This document shows positions 26,688 through 36,089 of a DNA stretch of 64,000 nt, piece by piece (within the stretch, counting starts at the first letter, position 1; each line of letters begins with the position of its first letter). The DNA is from a virus (lineage: Duplodnaviria; Caudoviricetes): the IMG/VR virus record IMGVR_UViG_3300043598_000004, positions 155-64,154 of that record; one strand, 5' to 3'. Below the pieces are notes generated by a model. It did not search any database. It had not been told where the DNA came from and worked only from the letters and a program-made list of their open reading frames with translations. Position numbers and translations under genes: made by a program.

Positions 26688-27193
26688 TTCGACTCAAGTG
26701 CGCGATTAGCTTCGCGTACCTTGGAATTGATTTGTGCACGCGTGGGCTCTGGCACGTGGCCCGCTTTGTCGACGGCACGCGTGGCTTGCTGCACTGCCGT
26801 CTTGGCCGTCCGGGATGCGCTCTCGGCTGTATTAGCTGCCGACTCAGCCGTCTCAGCGGCGTTGCCCACGGTCACAGCTGTCTGAGCCATGCTGCGCGTG
26901 ATGTAGCCAAGGGTATTCGTGTACGCATCAGTGGTGCGTTTAAGTTCGGCCTGATGCTCTTCCAACATCTCTTGTCGACGGGCCACAGCCTGAACGTCGC
27001 GTATCCAGTAGCCGCCCACAGCACCCGAGGTAAGCAGAATGGCACTCACAGCAAGCGCCTCCACAATGCGAACACCGCGCTTCGCCTTGACCCTGGTTTC
27101 ATCGCTGAAGAGTTCAGCGAAGCTGCTGTTTGTAGCCACTGATCTCTTTTCGTAGGTCATCGACGGTTGTGGTGAGTTGTCGGACTTGTTCAC
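26684..27193 (-). CDS. Membrane-anchored coiled-coil lysis-cassette protein
   Basis: One TM segment followed by Ala/Thr-rich helix. Confidence 0.65.
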   Translation of the reverse strand: MNKSDNSPQPSMTYEKRSVATNSSFAELFSDETRVKAKRGVRIVEALAVSAILLTSGAVGGYWIRDVQAVARRQEMLEEHQAELKRTTDAYTNTLGYITRSMAQTAVTVGNAAETAESAANTAESASRTAKTAVQQATRAVDKAGHVPEPTRAQINSKVREANRALESK

Positions 27194-27458
27194 GTAGCGC
27201 TCCTATCTCGTGGACGGCTTCGTTGCGCTCTTTTTGCGCATCGTCCGCTCGCTTCTCTGCCGCCTCTGCGCGACGTTCGGCACGATCGGCGATCTCGGTC
27301 AAGCGTTGAATCACATCGACGTTGCCCTGCGCGGTGGCACTCGCCACCTTGTCACTCAACAGGAACCTTCGAAGCAGGTACGCAACGGTCGTGACAGCCG
27401 CTATTGCGGAGCCGAACAAACCCCCTGATGTCTTGACGATCTCATTGATGTCGCCCAT
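27114..27458 (-). CDS. Putative holin (1 TM plus coiled coil)
   Basis: Directly after endolysin (TGATG overlap); GGLFGSAIAAVTTVAYLL. Confidence 0.6.
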   Translation of the reverse strand: MGDINEIVKTSGGLFGSAIAAVTTVAYLLRRFLLSDKVASATAQGNVDVIQRLTEIADRAERRAEAAEKRADDAQKERNEAVHEIGALREQVRQLTTTVDDLRKEISGYKQQLR

Positions 27459-28036
27459 CACACACTCACATCCATGCACTGACGAAACGCTGCTTTGCGC
27501 TCTGCCAAGTGCATCTTCTTCGGCCCGTTGACGCGCTCGGTAACCAGGTCCATATCGCCAATGGAGGCAGGCTCGACGCAGTGCTTGGCGTAGAAGTACC
27601 AGCAAGCCGTCATGGCCGCATGCCATGGCTCAGTGACTAGCTTGGGATTATTGACGTAATTAAACCCGAGGGCTTTTCCAGCCATCGAGTAGTTATCCAG
27701 CCAGGTCAATTGAATGAGCCCACGGCCCCAAAACCCATCCGGGTAGAGCAAGTGCCCGAGCTTCTCATGGTTGCGTACATAAGGCGCTGCACGTGCTGGA
27801 TCACTATGGAAGACGCGGGGGAAGATGCCGGCGAGCCTCACAGCATCCTTGTAGTAGAACGACTCTTCAACCGACGACAAGTTGCCTGACTCGACATCCA
27901 CTGTGGCAATCAACGCGGCCCGCTGCATGGGGGTGCGGATACCGAACAAGGCCATGCCCTCTTCGAGATGCAAGTAGTACTTGCTGGCATCTTCCAGAGA
28001 TGCGCCCGTGGCTTTGGAAAGTTTCTCAGGCGTCAT
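27458..28036 (-). CDS. Endolysin, glycoside hydrolase family 19
   Basis: ESG.L..VEE, GRGLIQLT..DNY, A.WYF, VT.RVNG. Confidence 0.9.
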   Translation of the reverse strand: MTPEKLSKATGASLEDASKYYLHLEEGMALFGIRTPMQRAALIATVDVESGNLSSVEESFYYKDAVRLAGIFPRVFHSDPARAAPYVRNHEKLGHLLYPDGFWGRGLIQLTWLDNYSMAGKALGFNYVNNPKLVTEPWHAAMTACWYFYAKHCVEPASIGDMDLVTERVNGPKKMHLAERKAAFRQCMDVSV

Positions 28037-28075
28037 CAGGTCGTCTCCTATGGTATAGGCCGGATGCTGTTGATT

Positions 28076-29437
28076 TTAACCGGCAGGGAAAATGCCTGCG
28101 GGTGTGCCAGGGGGTCGCGCCACGGTGCTAATACGAAGGTTCTGCATATTGCCGTTGAGATAACCGCCGCTGTTTTGCGTTCCCAAGCGCAAATGATCAG
28201 TGTTGCTTAGCAGATTTCCTGTGATGGCTTCATTATCTTGAAGGACGGCTGTGCCTCCAATCTCTTGAACCCAAAACTCGATGACATCACCGCCACCGTC
28301 GTTCACTCGACGCAGGGTAATCCAATACCACACGCCAGGGACCACATCGGTTATGCCGGTGAGCGTAATCAAAGTAACGGTTGCATCAAAGCAGAACGCT
28401 CCAAACCGAGCGGTTGCATCATGGTAGTAAATCAGGAACGGATAGGTCCCGCTGCCGTTTGCCTTGGCCATGAAAACCTGATTGGCACTTGTCGAGCCCT
28501 GGATGCGTGCAGCAAATTCAATCGTCCATTCGTCTGAGCCGAAGTCATTCAATGCTGCGTAGTTGTCCACGGCTGTGTCAGCGGGTTTCCATGAAAGCCA
28601 TGAAGCGCTCTTCGTGCCCCAAACGTGATTGTCCGTGTCAGCGATGGCAGCTAGAGCCAGGTACGGATTGCTTACCGTGGCAGCATGGGTGCTCAGGTCC
28701 ACGAGCGGGAAGTCATCCATCGGCATAAATAGAACAACTTGTTCGAAGTCAGGATCGATGGCGTCACGCACCAGGCTGAAGGTATCGAAGTACATGCCGT
28801 TCACTGGCGCACGATCAGCAAATGTGGGTGTACCGATGCGCCAATCCTGGTCAGCGGCAACCGGGAAGCTGCCTGTGAATGTTCCTGTGCCGATGCTCAC
28901 ATCGTTGATCAGGAAATCAATCGTGTCGCCGATACGCTTCACTTCGAACGTGACCGTCGCTGCTGTGGTCAATGCGTCGGTGCCGGTGATCAGCACCGAT
29001 CGTGTGGTCCCGTCGCTGACGACCAGGACAGGACGCGAAAAGCTGTCCGTGGCGATCGCAATCACCGTGCCTGCAGCTGTCGGTGTTGCGTCCTGCACTG
29101 ACAGGATGTACGCGCCCGTCGAGCCCGCTGACAACCAGGATGTTGCACGAGCCTTGAACTTGAGCCGCCAGTCACCATCGGCAGGAATCCGATTGCCTGC
29201 GACGTACGCTGTCTTGAGATAGCCAGCGGCCGGCACGAAGAGCGACGATGCACCTTCGATCACGATGTCTTCGCTGATCTCTACAGCCCCCGCGCCGATG
29301 GTCCAGACACTTCCGCCGAGATCGGTAAACGTCGTCGAGCCGTCACCGGCATCGAAGTTCATGCTGATGGCCAGGGTAGGGTCCGCTTCCTCTTCGACAT
29401 CGCCGAAGACGTACGAAGCTGTGATACCTGGAATCAT
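28076..29437 (-). CDS. Tail protein with two LamG/ConA-like domains
   Basis: WTIEF, WYWITLRR, LRLG...YLNGNMQNLRIS; DPDFEQVVLFM linker. Confidence 0.72.
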   Translation of the reverse strand: MIPGITASYVFGDVEEEADPTLAISMNFDAGDGSTTFTDLGGSVWTIGAGAVEISEDIVIEGASSLFVPAAGYLKTAYVAGNRIPADGDWRLKFKARATSWLSAGSTGAYILSVQDATPTAAGTVIAIATDSFSRPVLVVSDGTTRSVLITGTDALTTAATVTFEVKRIGDTIDFLINDVSIGTGTFTGSFPVAADQDWRIGTPTFADRAPVNGMYFDTFSLVRDAIDPDFEQVVLFMPMDDFPLVDLSTHAATVSNPYLALAAIADTDNHVWGTKSASWLSWKPADTAVDNYAALNDFGSDEWTIEFAARIQGSTSANQVFMAKANGSGTYPFLIYYHDATARFGAFCFDATVTLITLTGITDVVPGVWYWITLRRVNDGGGDVIEFWVQEIGGTAVLQDNEAITGNLLSNTDHLRLGTQNSGGYLNGNMQNLRISTVARPPGTPAGIFPAG

Positions 29438-30129
29438 GGTGCTTCCGTTTGACCAAACACGTCAGCCTCAGCCGTGTCGACGATCTTGACTGTGAAGGTA
29501 GCGCCCTGCTTGACAACGAGCGATCCACCACGCGGCGCATTGAGCACAAAGGACCCTACAGGCAGCAATGTGAGGTCCCCTGCGCCGACGTTGCGCCCGT
29601 GGTATTCGGCATTCAGTTCGAACGTGTCTGAACTATTGAACGTGTACGACTTGGTGCTCGAATTAGTAAAGCGTGAATAGTTGCCCGAGTTCGCGGACGT
29701 GGCACCAAAGGATGAATCCGTGATCTCGACTACTGGCGGCACTGATGCACCGCCACCGCCACCGCCTGCCGCGATCTCTGCCCATGCCGTACCGTCGAAT
29801 CGATAAGCCTTGTCCTCATCGACAATCCAGACTTCCCATCCTTCCTTCGGCGTGACGAACTTCCATGCAGCTGTCAGGTCGTCGCCTGCCTGCCATACCG
29901 CTAGGTGCGTCTCATGCGAGGCCCAGTCACCTGATGATGAAGCTCCAACGATGTACAGCTGGCCACCTGTCGGGGACCCTGGTGGAGCGGTCAAGTCCTT
30001 GTCGACGACAACGGGTTGCACGAGCGCATCGAGCAAGCGCAGATTGGCGGACATCTCGTTGTCCCATCCGTCCTCACCAGGGGCGAAGCCCGCGACGATG
30101 CCGACGTTAGGAAGGGTTACTGCAGCCAT
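29434..30129 (-). CDS. DUF2793-domain tail protein
   Basis: NLRLLDALVQ...PPGSPTGG.LYIV...W.FVTPKEGW. Confidence 0.82.
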   Translation of the reverse strand: MAAVTLPNVGIVAGFAPGEDGWDNEMSANLRLLDALVQPVVVDKDLTAPPGSPTGGQLYIVGASSSGDWASHETHLAVWQAGDDLTAAWKFVTPKEGWEVWIVDEDKAYRFDGTAWAEIAAGGGGGGASVPPVVEITDSSFGATSANSGNYSRFTNSSTKSYTFNSSDTFELNAEYHGRNVGAGDLTLLPVGSFVLNAPRGGSLVVKQGATFTVKIVDTAEADVFGQTEAP

Positions 30130-30147
30130 GGTTTCTCCAAATCAATT

Positions 30148-30999
30148 TCAACCGCCCCAATCGCTACCCCAGTTCGCGCCCCATCCGATAAGCGCACCTG
30201 GAATAACTCTCAACGGCATGCGATAGCTCTGCCAGGACTCGAAGCCCCCGCGCATTGAAAACAGTTCAAGCGTTGCGTCCACTGGCGCATCGGCATCGGT
30301 AATGCCAAGGCCCGTCATCGCGGTCCATAGCGTGAACGTTGCTGCAGCGTCAGTAATGCCCGTGATCGTGGCTACCACTGTGTCAGCCGCATTGCGCAGA
30401 CGCAGGCCATAGGTCGTGCCAGCCTCAGGCCCGATGCTTGCGATCTGGTGATCCACGAGCACGTCCGCTTGGGTGATTCGATCTCTATGAGTCCATGAGA
30501 GGCTCAGCGCCGTGTTGTCAGGATCAAGCTGATGAGGCAGGTAGAACGCATCGGTCCCGACAAGGACCTTTCCGGGCGGATAGGGGCGCGCAAAGCGTGA
30601 ATTGAAGGTCAGGGTATTCGGTGGCGCGTTTTCAGGCCCCATCGACCCGCCAGTGGTCTTCATGAGCACCTTGACGCCTACCGTCTCACTAGCCATGTAC
30701 TCGCGATTGGCGTAGCCCGTTCGATCGTTCAGGAACCAGACCAGGGACCCTGCGGCGTGGCTCGCCGGCACCGTGTCGGCACAGCCTCGAAGGATGGTCA
30801 CGCTGTCGAGCGTGATCGCCGTGACCTTCACGATCTCGTCATTGATCATCGCGGCCCCGCCGATCGCCGGCAGCAAGCCGTTCTGCGATCGGTAGCTTCC
30901 AATAAAGAGGGTATCCGCTGCAGGGTTCACCGAGCCGAGCAAGTTGGCCACGGGGCAAATGAGCCCCGAACCTCGAACGATGTAGTCAACGTTGGCCAT
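30148..30999 (-). CDS. Tail tip-associated protein
   Basis: INDEIV...RGCADTVP..H; RPYPPG; WTHRDR...GPEAGTTY. Confidence 0.75.
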   Translation of the reverse strand: MANVDYIVRGSGLICPVANLLGSVNPAADTLFIGSYRSQNGLLPAIGGAAMINDEIVKVTAITLDSVTILRGCADTVPASHAAGSLVWFLNDRTGYANREYMASETVGVKVLMKTTGGSMGPENAPPNTLTFNSRFARPYPPGKVLVGTDAFYLPHQLDPDNTALSLSWTHRDRITQADVLVDHQIASIGPEAGTTYGLRLRNAADTVVATITGITDAAATFTLWTAMTGLGITDADAPVDATLELFSMRGGFESWQSYRMPLRVIPGALIGWGANWGSDWGG

Positions 31000-33317
31000 C
31001 AGGGAATGTATCCGCAATACAGCTGGTCAGCTTCATCGGGAATGTCTTCAACCGTGGGAGCACCGTCGCGTATGGCAATGTCGTAAAGCGAATTGATCGG
31101 TTGGCCACGTTCAGCCACGGTGCCCGCATAGGCTGACGCATCCGTGAGCATTGCGAAGTCGGCGGGCCGCATCGCTCGATTGATCAGGAAGTACGGCAAC
31201 TCGAAAACCTCGTGCTGCCCGATGCATGGTGTGAAGTTCGGAGGAACCCATGTGTTCGGTTGGTCCAAGGTAAAACCTTGGGCCGGGAAGCTGAAGACAT
31301 CCTGCACGACATCGAAGGTGCACTTGCCATCGGTGAGCGTACCGTCATGTGCTGTACCGATGCGGACCACCATGTCGGGGATGCCGCGAGCCACGTTCTG
31401 AATCCTCATCACATCACCCGGCAGCATGTCCGAAGCTCGACGGTCGGTCGTGATCTTGAAGCGGCGCAGACCTTGCGCCATGGCCTTCAGGTCACGCAAC
31501 GCAACACGCCTGGCCAGGCCCGGTATCGGGAGCCCTAAGTACTCGATGGTCCGGGTATTGAACGCACCCGATTGCAAGCTGGCAAGGTTCTGTTCATTGA
31601 CCGATCGAATCTCGTTGTAGATCGGGTCTTTGTACTTGACGATCACTTCGTTGATGATCACCGTGGCCGTGTTGACATTCGAGTCACTGATTTCAAGGAT
31701 GCCGTTCGTGGTGTCCCACAGCTTCAAGCCGCTGCGAATGTAGTCAGCGCGAATCAGCTTGATCTCAAGTAGTGCCGTGCTCCGACTATGACGCAGTGAC
31801 GCACCAATGTGATTGAGGATGTTCTGAATGAATACTTTGATGTCGTCCTTGCGACTCCATTTCATGCAGAGCCCGAAGCCCTCTTCGTACAACTGTTGAG
31901 CAGCATCCTCAAATGAAGCAGTATCGATTCCCGAACGATCCTTGCCGCGACCCCACTCGCGATTCGTCAGGCATTCATAAATCATGTGCGACGGATTCAT
32001 CGCCCAAATGTTTGCATCAGGCGTCAGCGTCGACTGCCCGAGGTTCGGCTCATAGAAGAACTGGATCGCTACTTCCTGGCCCTCGTAGGCGGGCCGCATG
32101 ATGTTGATATAGCCGATGCTCGCATTCTCGGGGTCGATGCCTGCCTCTTCGAAGAAGACACCCTGCGGCGAGTAGTCGACATCCATCAGTTCAGTACTGT
32201 TCGTCGTGTTGACATCAATGGTCGAGTGATAGCGCCCGCCGTTCGGCGCCGTCACTGCCACCTGTGCAGGCGTACCGATGTCCTGGTCCGCTGCGAAGAT
32301 GGTCCGCGAACCCGTGATCATCGTCATCGAGCCTGCAGGGGTGTAGAGGTAATTGCAGATTAGTTCTACGCCGTAGTAGTACTCATCGATGATGATCCAC
32401 GCCGAGCCATCTGGCATGACTTCATCCCACCAATTGCGTACCGTCGCCGGAAAGTCGGGGTTGGCGTTGTAGTAGACGTTGGTGATTCCGTTGACCACGC
32501 CGCTCGGTGGAACCACATGGATGCGGACCTTGTTGGTCCAGGTCGTCGGCACTGCCGTATAGGCTTGCGATGCGAGCCCACCGCCACTGATCGAATAGAA
32601 GAAGCTGACAGTAAGCTCGAAGCCTTCCCACTTGCCAGGCGCCATGACATCAGCTGTACCGTCAGGCTTGTAGACGACGTTGAAAAACGGTATGGGCACC
32701 GCGTCGCCGCCGCCTGCGTAATAAACACTATTTACTGATGCAATTGGACCACCGGGCGGATGGTCAACGTTCATGCTTACACCGTGCACCCGTGGCACTG
32801 TCGTCATGATGGTTGCACGGGCCAGTGCTTGCGGCGATGTCGAGCCTTCGGATGCGACCTGGCCATAGAGCGGAATCATCGCGAGTTCGGGCGCCAAGAC
32901 ATCGCCGTCCCATCCTGCCGTTGAGCGGCGCACACGCCAGGACCAGGGCTTCGGGTACGGGTTGACTGCGCTGATCTGGCCGTCGTAGTGGATCGTCAGC
33001 TGCCGGCGAAAGCCTGGCACAGGGGTTGGAGCGCACAGCGCCTTCAGCGCATCGCTGGCCACCTGTAGTGGCTCACCGAACATGGCATGAAAGAAGCCGA
33101 CGATGCCGCCTTCCTTCTTCAGACCACCGAAGAGATTCGGCTGATTGATCGACACCACACCCGATGCCGTCAAAGTGCCTTGCCATGCCAGCTTGCCGCC
33201 AACCCGGCATTCGCGCAGCTGGTTGACCGGGCCACGGCCGATGCCCATGTGGATGCCGAACGAATAGATGAAGCCCGCAGACCCCTCCGGTGCGCCGCCG
33301 CCTGCCAAATCACTCAT
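30999..33317 (-). CDS. Central tail tip/hub protein
   Basis: NPYPKPW, MNPSHMIYECLTN.EWG.G, LYEEGFGL, KLIRADY. Confidence 0.8.
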   Translation of the reverse strand: MSDLAGGGAPEGSAGFIYSFGIHMGIGRGPVNQLRECRVGGKLAWQGTLTASGVVSINQPNLFGGLKKEGGIVGFFHAMFGEPLQVASDALKALCAPTPVPGFRRQLTIHYDGQISAVNPYPKPWSWRVRRSTAGWDGDVLAPELAMIPLYGQVASEGSTSPQALARATIMTTVPRVHGVSMNVDHPPGGPIASVNSVYYAGGGDAVPIPFFNVVYKPDGTADVMAPGKWEGFELTVSFFYSISGGGLASQAYTAVPTTWTNKVRIHVVPPSGVVNGITNVYYNANPDFPATVRNWWDEVMPDGSAWIIIDEYYYGVELICNYLYTPAGSMTMITGSRTIFAADQDIGTPAQVAVTAPNGGRYHSTIDVNTTNSTELMDVDYSPQGVFFEEAGIDPENASIGYINIMRPAYEGQEVAIQFFYEPNLGQSTLTPDANIWAMNPSHMIYECLTNREWGRGKDRSGIDTASFEDAAQQLYEEGFGLCMKWSRKDDIKVFIQNILNHIGASLRHSRSTALLEIKLIRADYIRSGLKLWDTTNGILEISDSNVNTATVIINEVIVKYKDPIYNEIRSVNEQNLASLQSGAFNTRTIEYLGLPIPGLARRVALRDLKAMAQGLRRFKITTDRRASDMLPGDVMRIQNVARGIPDMVVRIGTAHDGTLTDGKCTFDVVQDVFSFPAQGFTLDQPNTWVPPNFTPCIGQHEVFELPYFLINRAMRPADFAMLTDASAYAGTVAERGQPINSLYDIAIRDGAPTVEDIPDEADQLYCGYIP

Positions 33318-33522
33318 CTAGTTCTCCTGCCGCGTCCTGGCGGGCAATCGAGGCAACCATGCGACCAAGCTCATCGCCGGTATTCTCGATGACTTCCACG
33401 GGATAGCCTTTGGTGATGAAGGTATTGAAGTCGAGCCCGTGCCGAGCAAACCAGATTCGAGCACCACGGCTGCAAAAATTCGCATTGCGAATGTGCTTCA
33501 CCGTGACCATGATGTCGCTCAT
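33310..33522 (-). CDS. Small tail assembly protein
   Basis: CSRGARIWFARHGLDF; position in tail module. Confidence 0.75.
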   Translation of the reverse strand: MSDIMVTVKHIRNANFCSRGARIWFARHGLDFNTFITKGYPVEVIENTGDELGRMVASIARQDAAGELDE

Positions 33523-33758
33523 TTTTTGCCCGAGCCAATTGGAATCGGCTCTGTTCGATAGTTCCCATACGTGATCACCAACCAATCTTCGGACCAGCAA
33601 TCACCGAAGAAGACAGCTTGCGGTGTGCCTTCATCGGCTTGAGGAAAGTCGATCTCTTCAAGCGCTGCAGGCGTTGGTGGCACAGCCTTGGGTGTGAGCA
33701 CCGCAGTGATCACGATCGATGCGATCATCAAATAGATCGCGGTGTCCCAACCCATCAT
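33519..33758 (-). CDS. Small tail assembly protein
   Basis: FPQADEGTPQAVFFGDCW. Confidence 0.75.
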   Translation of the reverse strand: MMGWDTAIYLMIASIVITAVLTPKAVPPTPAALEEIDFPQADEGTPQAVFFGDCWSEDWLVITYGNYRTEPIPIGSGKK

Positions 33759-33768
33759 GGCGCGTACC

Positions 33769-34593
33769 TCAATTAAAGACGGACTGGCCGTCAAAAGGCG
33801 ACTTGCCCTTCAACGACGGAGCCCCGCCATAGTTGTCGTAATTGTTGAAGATCACACTGCAGGCATTGACCGTTCGATCGCAGCCAGGATACGCAGTCAG
33901 AACAGTTCCGATCGCGATACCTTCGGCCCCACCGAACATCACCAACGTTGAATCAACAGCGTGATCCTCGATGCTACGTCGCTCGATGCCGCGCACCGGG
34001 TCGGTCCACTCGACGAATCCGCCACGGTAGTGCCCGAGTCCTTGGCCACCGATCGCCGGCAGCGTCACCACGTTGTCGACAACATTCGTGACAGCCCCGG
34101 TGAGAGCAATAGCCGTCTTGTCCACCTTGCACGTCACCGGGTCGTACAGAGCATAGGGGCAGTTCCGCTGCCATCCAAGGCGCAAGCCTTCGCGTTCCAT
34201 GGTCGCGGAGAACGTCTCGCATGTCAGCTTCGCTGTGCCAGGCTGCAGGACATTGCACTGCGTCACGTCGCCCACGTAGATCGCCCTGATCTCGTCATCG
34301 CCTTCGTGGCTCGTGAAGATCGCCACCGACACATCCCGCGAGGGCGGATAGTGCATGTACAGCTGCACAGGCACGATGCTCGTGGTCGTCGTGATGTTCA
34401 ACGAGTCGGTGACAGCATCCCCGGTTTGCCTGATACCGTCGTCGGCGATCGGCACTGCTATCCACAACTGGCCCGCCTTCTCGATGTCCTCGTCAGCTGA
34501 CGTGTAGCGCCAGGTCTTGTCATTGAGGCTGAATCGATAGAGATAGATTGGCCTGCCGTCTTCGAGGGAGAACTCTAGGGATGCGTATGACAT
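33769..34593 (-). CDS. DUF2163/BR0599 family tail protein
   Basis: CPYALYD..C; YPGCDRT...C...FNN.DNYGG. Confidence 0.85.
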   Translation of the reverse strand: MSYASLEFSLEDGRPIYLYRFSLNDKTWRYTSADEDIEKAGQLWIAVPIADDGIRQTGDAVTDSLNITTTTSIVPVQLYMHYPPSRDVSVAIFTSHEGDDEIRAIYVGDVTQCNVLQPGTAKLTCETFSATMEREGLRLGWQRNCPYALYDPVTCKVDKTAIALTGAVTNVVDNVVTLPAIGGQGLGHYRGGFVEWTDPVRGIERRSIEDHAVDSTLVMFGGAEGIAIGTVLTAYPGCDRTVNACSVIFNNYDNYGGAPSLKGKSPFDGQSVFN

Positions 34594-34596
34594 GGC

Positions 34597-35193
34597 TTAG
34601 ACCAGTTCGAATTGCATGCGCAAGTTCTTGTTCATGCCGATGTTCTTCAGCTTGGTCCCTGGAAACAGGTCCGTGCGCAAAGCCCGCTCGATAAGGAAGC
34701 GATCGCGTTGCTGCCGGTAGTAGAGCGTACTGCCACGGAGGTATGCGAGGATCATGTCTGACGTGTCGACAGACAAGGCCCGCTTGTCGTCCAGTGCCAT
34801 CTTCGGATTCACTGCAGCTTCGAACGTGGTCGTCACGCGAGCGCTCACGGTCGAGTCGTACCAACGCAGCTTCAGAACACCGTTGGCGATGTACCCCACG
34901 GACCAGCGCATGTTCTGATCGAAGGCCAGGGATATCTCGGTGATCTGCGATTCGCTGAACAGCAGCGTCGGCGACGGGTCACCTTCACCGAGCACGTACA
35001 CGTTCACATCTTCGAGGTACACGCGCCAGTTCTTGACCTGCAGACCTTGCGACGTATCGAGCAACGCAATGCCGCCACGTTCGTAGTCGACGATCGGCGT
35101 GGTAACGCGATCATCCGGCGAGACGAAGAGCCCGCCGAAGCCGATCGATGACGTGACGTTATCGGGCAGCATGATCAAGCGTGGCGAGCCCAC
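34597..35193 (-). CDS. Tail-associated protein
   Basis: Position in tail module; SLAFDQNMR, LYYRQQRDRF; start uncertain. Confidence 0.65.
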   Translation of the reverse strand: MGSPRLIMLPDNVTSSIGFGGLFVSPDDRVTTPIVDYERGGIALLDTSQGLQVKNWRVYLEDVNVYVLGEGDPSPTLLFSESQITEISLAFDQNMRWSVGYIANGVLKLRWYDSTVSARVTTTFEAAVNPKMALDDKRALSVDTSDMILAYLRGSTLYYRQQRDRFLIERALRTDLFPGTKLKNIGMNKNLRMQFELV

Positions 35194-36089
35194 GAGTACT
35201 CATACCCGATGGTCAACACCTTGGTAGCGTCCTTCGGAATCTTGGCGCTGAATTCGAATTGGAACTTCGAGCCCATGTTTGTCTGCATCGCAATCGTTTT
35301 GATGCCGCCGCCATCGAGATTGCCTTGAAGCAAGCCCCACGCTGCAGTACCAGTGCGCTTCAGGCTGTTATTCGAATAAGTGGCATTGGTTCCACTGGCG
35401 CCATCCGATTGCGTACCTGACGGGTCCTGGATCACCGTACCAGCTGCACCGGAGTATGGCGTGAGCACTGGCGCATTGGTCGATCCATATACAAGCGTAG
35501 TGTACGGACTCCATTCGCTATTGGCCTGGCAGGCACGACCCGTGACACCGTAGGTCACGCCAGCAATGACAAGATCGAAAGTCACATCGGCTGTCGGCGC
35601 ATAGTTGCGCAACTCGTACGTGACATCGAGCACTTCATCGGCGAGCACGGTGATCGTTGTTGGATCGCCTTCGGCATCGCGCACGAGCGCACGACTGAAG
35701 AGCGTTGCGCCAGTGGTTGCCCAACCGATACCGACTTCGGACACGTTGCCTGTGGCTGCGCCTGCCCCGAAGCGATAGGTGAACCTGATCCATCCGTACC
35801 ACGGTGCCGATGCTGAGTGACCGTTGTTCTGTGCTTGAAGGGTTCCTGTCACGCCGATCTGCGACACCAACGATGTGTCGCCGTTCGCTGGCGGCGTTGA
35901 GCCCGAGCCCACACGACAATTGTTGTAGACAGAGCCAGTGCCGAGTCTGTTGAGGCCAATCGTGGTGATAAGGTTGTCAAACCAATCGGCCAATACGCGT
36001 TCTGAAATCACTTCACCGTTGGCATCGAGCTTCTTTGCCACCATGGTGTAGCGGCCGGCCAGTTCCATCGGCAGTATCAAATTCTTCAT
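35175..36089 (-). CDS. Tail-associated protein
   Basis: NLITTIGLN, VGSGST.P, GNVSEVG, LFSRAL. Confidence 0.68.
   Translation of the reverse strand: MKNLILPMELAGRYTMVAKKLDANGEVISERVLADWFDNLITTIGLNRLGTGSVYNNCRVGSGSTPPANGDTSLVSQIGVTGTLQAQNNGHSASAPWYGWIRFTYRFGAGAATGNVSEVGIGWATTGATLFSRALVRDAEGDPTTITVLADEVLDVTYELRNYAPTADVTFDLVIAGVTYGVTGRACQANSEWSPYTTLVYGSTNAPVLTPYSGAAGTVIQDPSGTQSDGASGTNATYSNNSLKRTGTAAWGLLQGNLDGGGIKTIAMQTNMGSKFQFEFSAKIPKDATKVLTIGYEYSWARHA

Noticed and set aside
30148-33317. Broken (pseudogene) tail tip gene
   Set aside because: Clean TGATG coupling between two intact ORFs suggests a genuine two-gene arrangement
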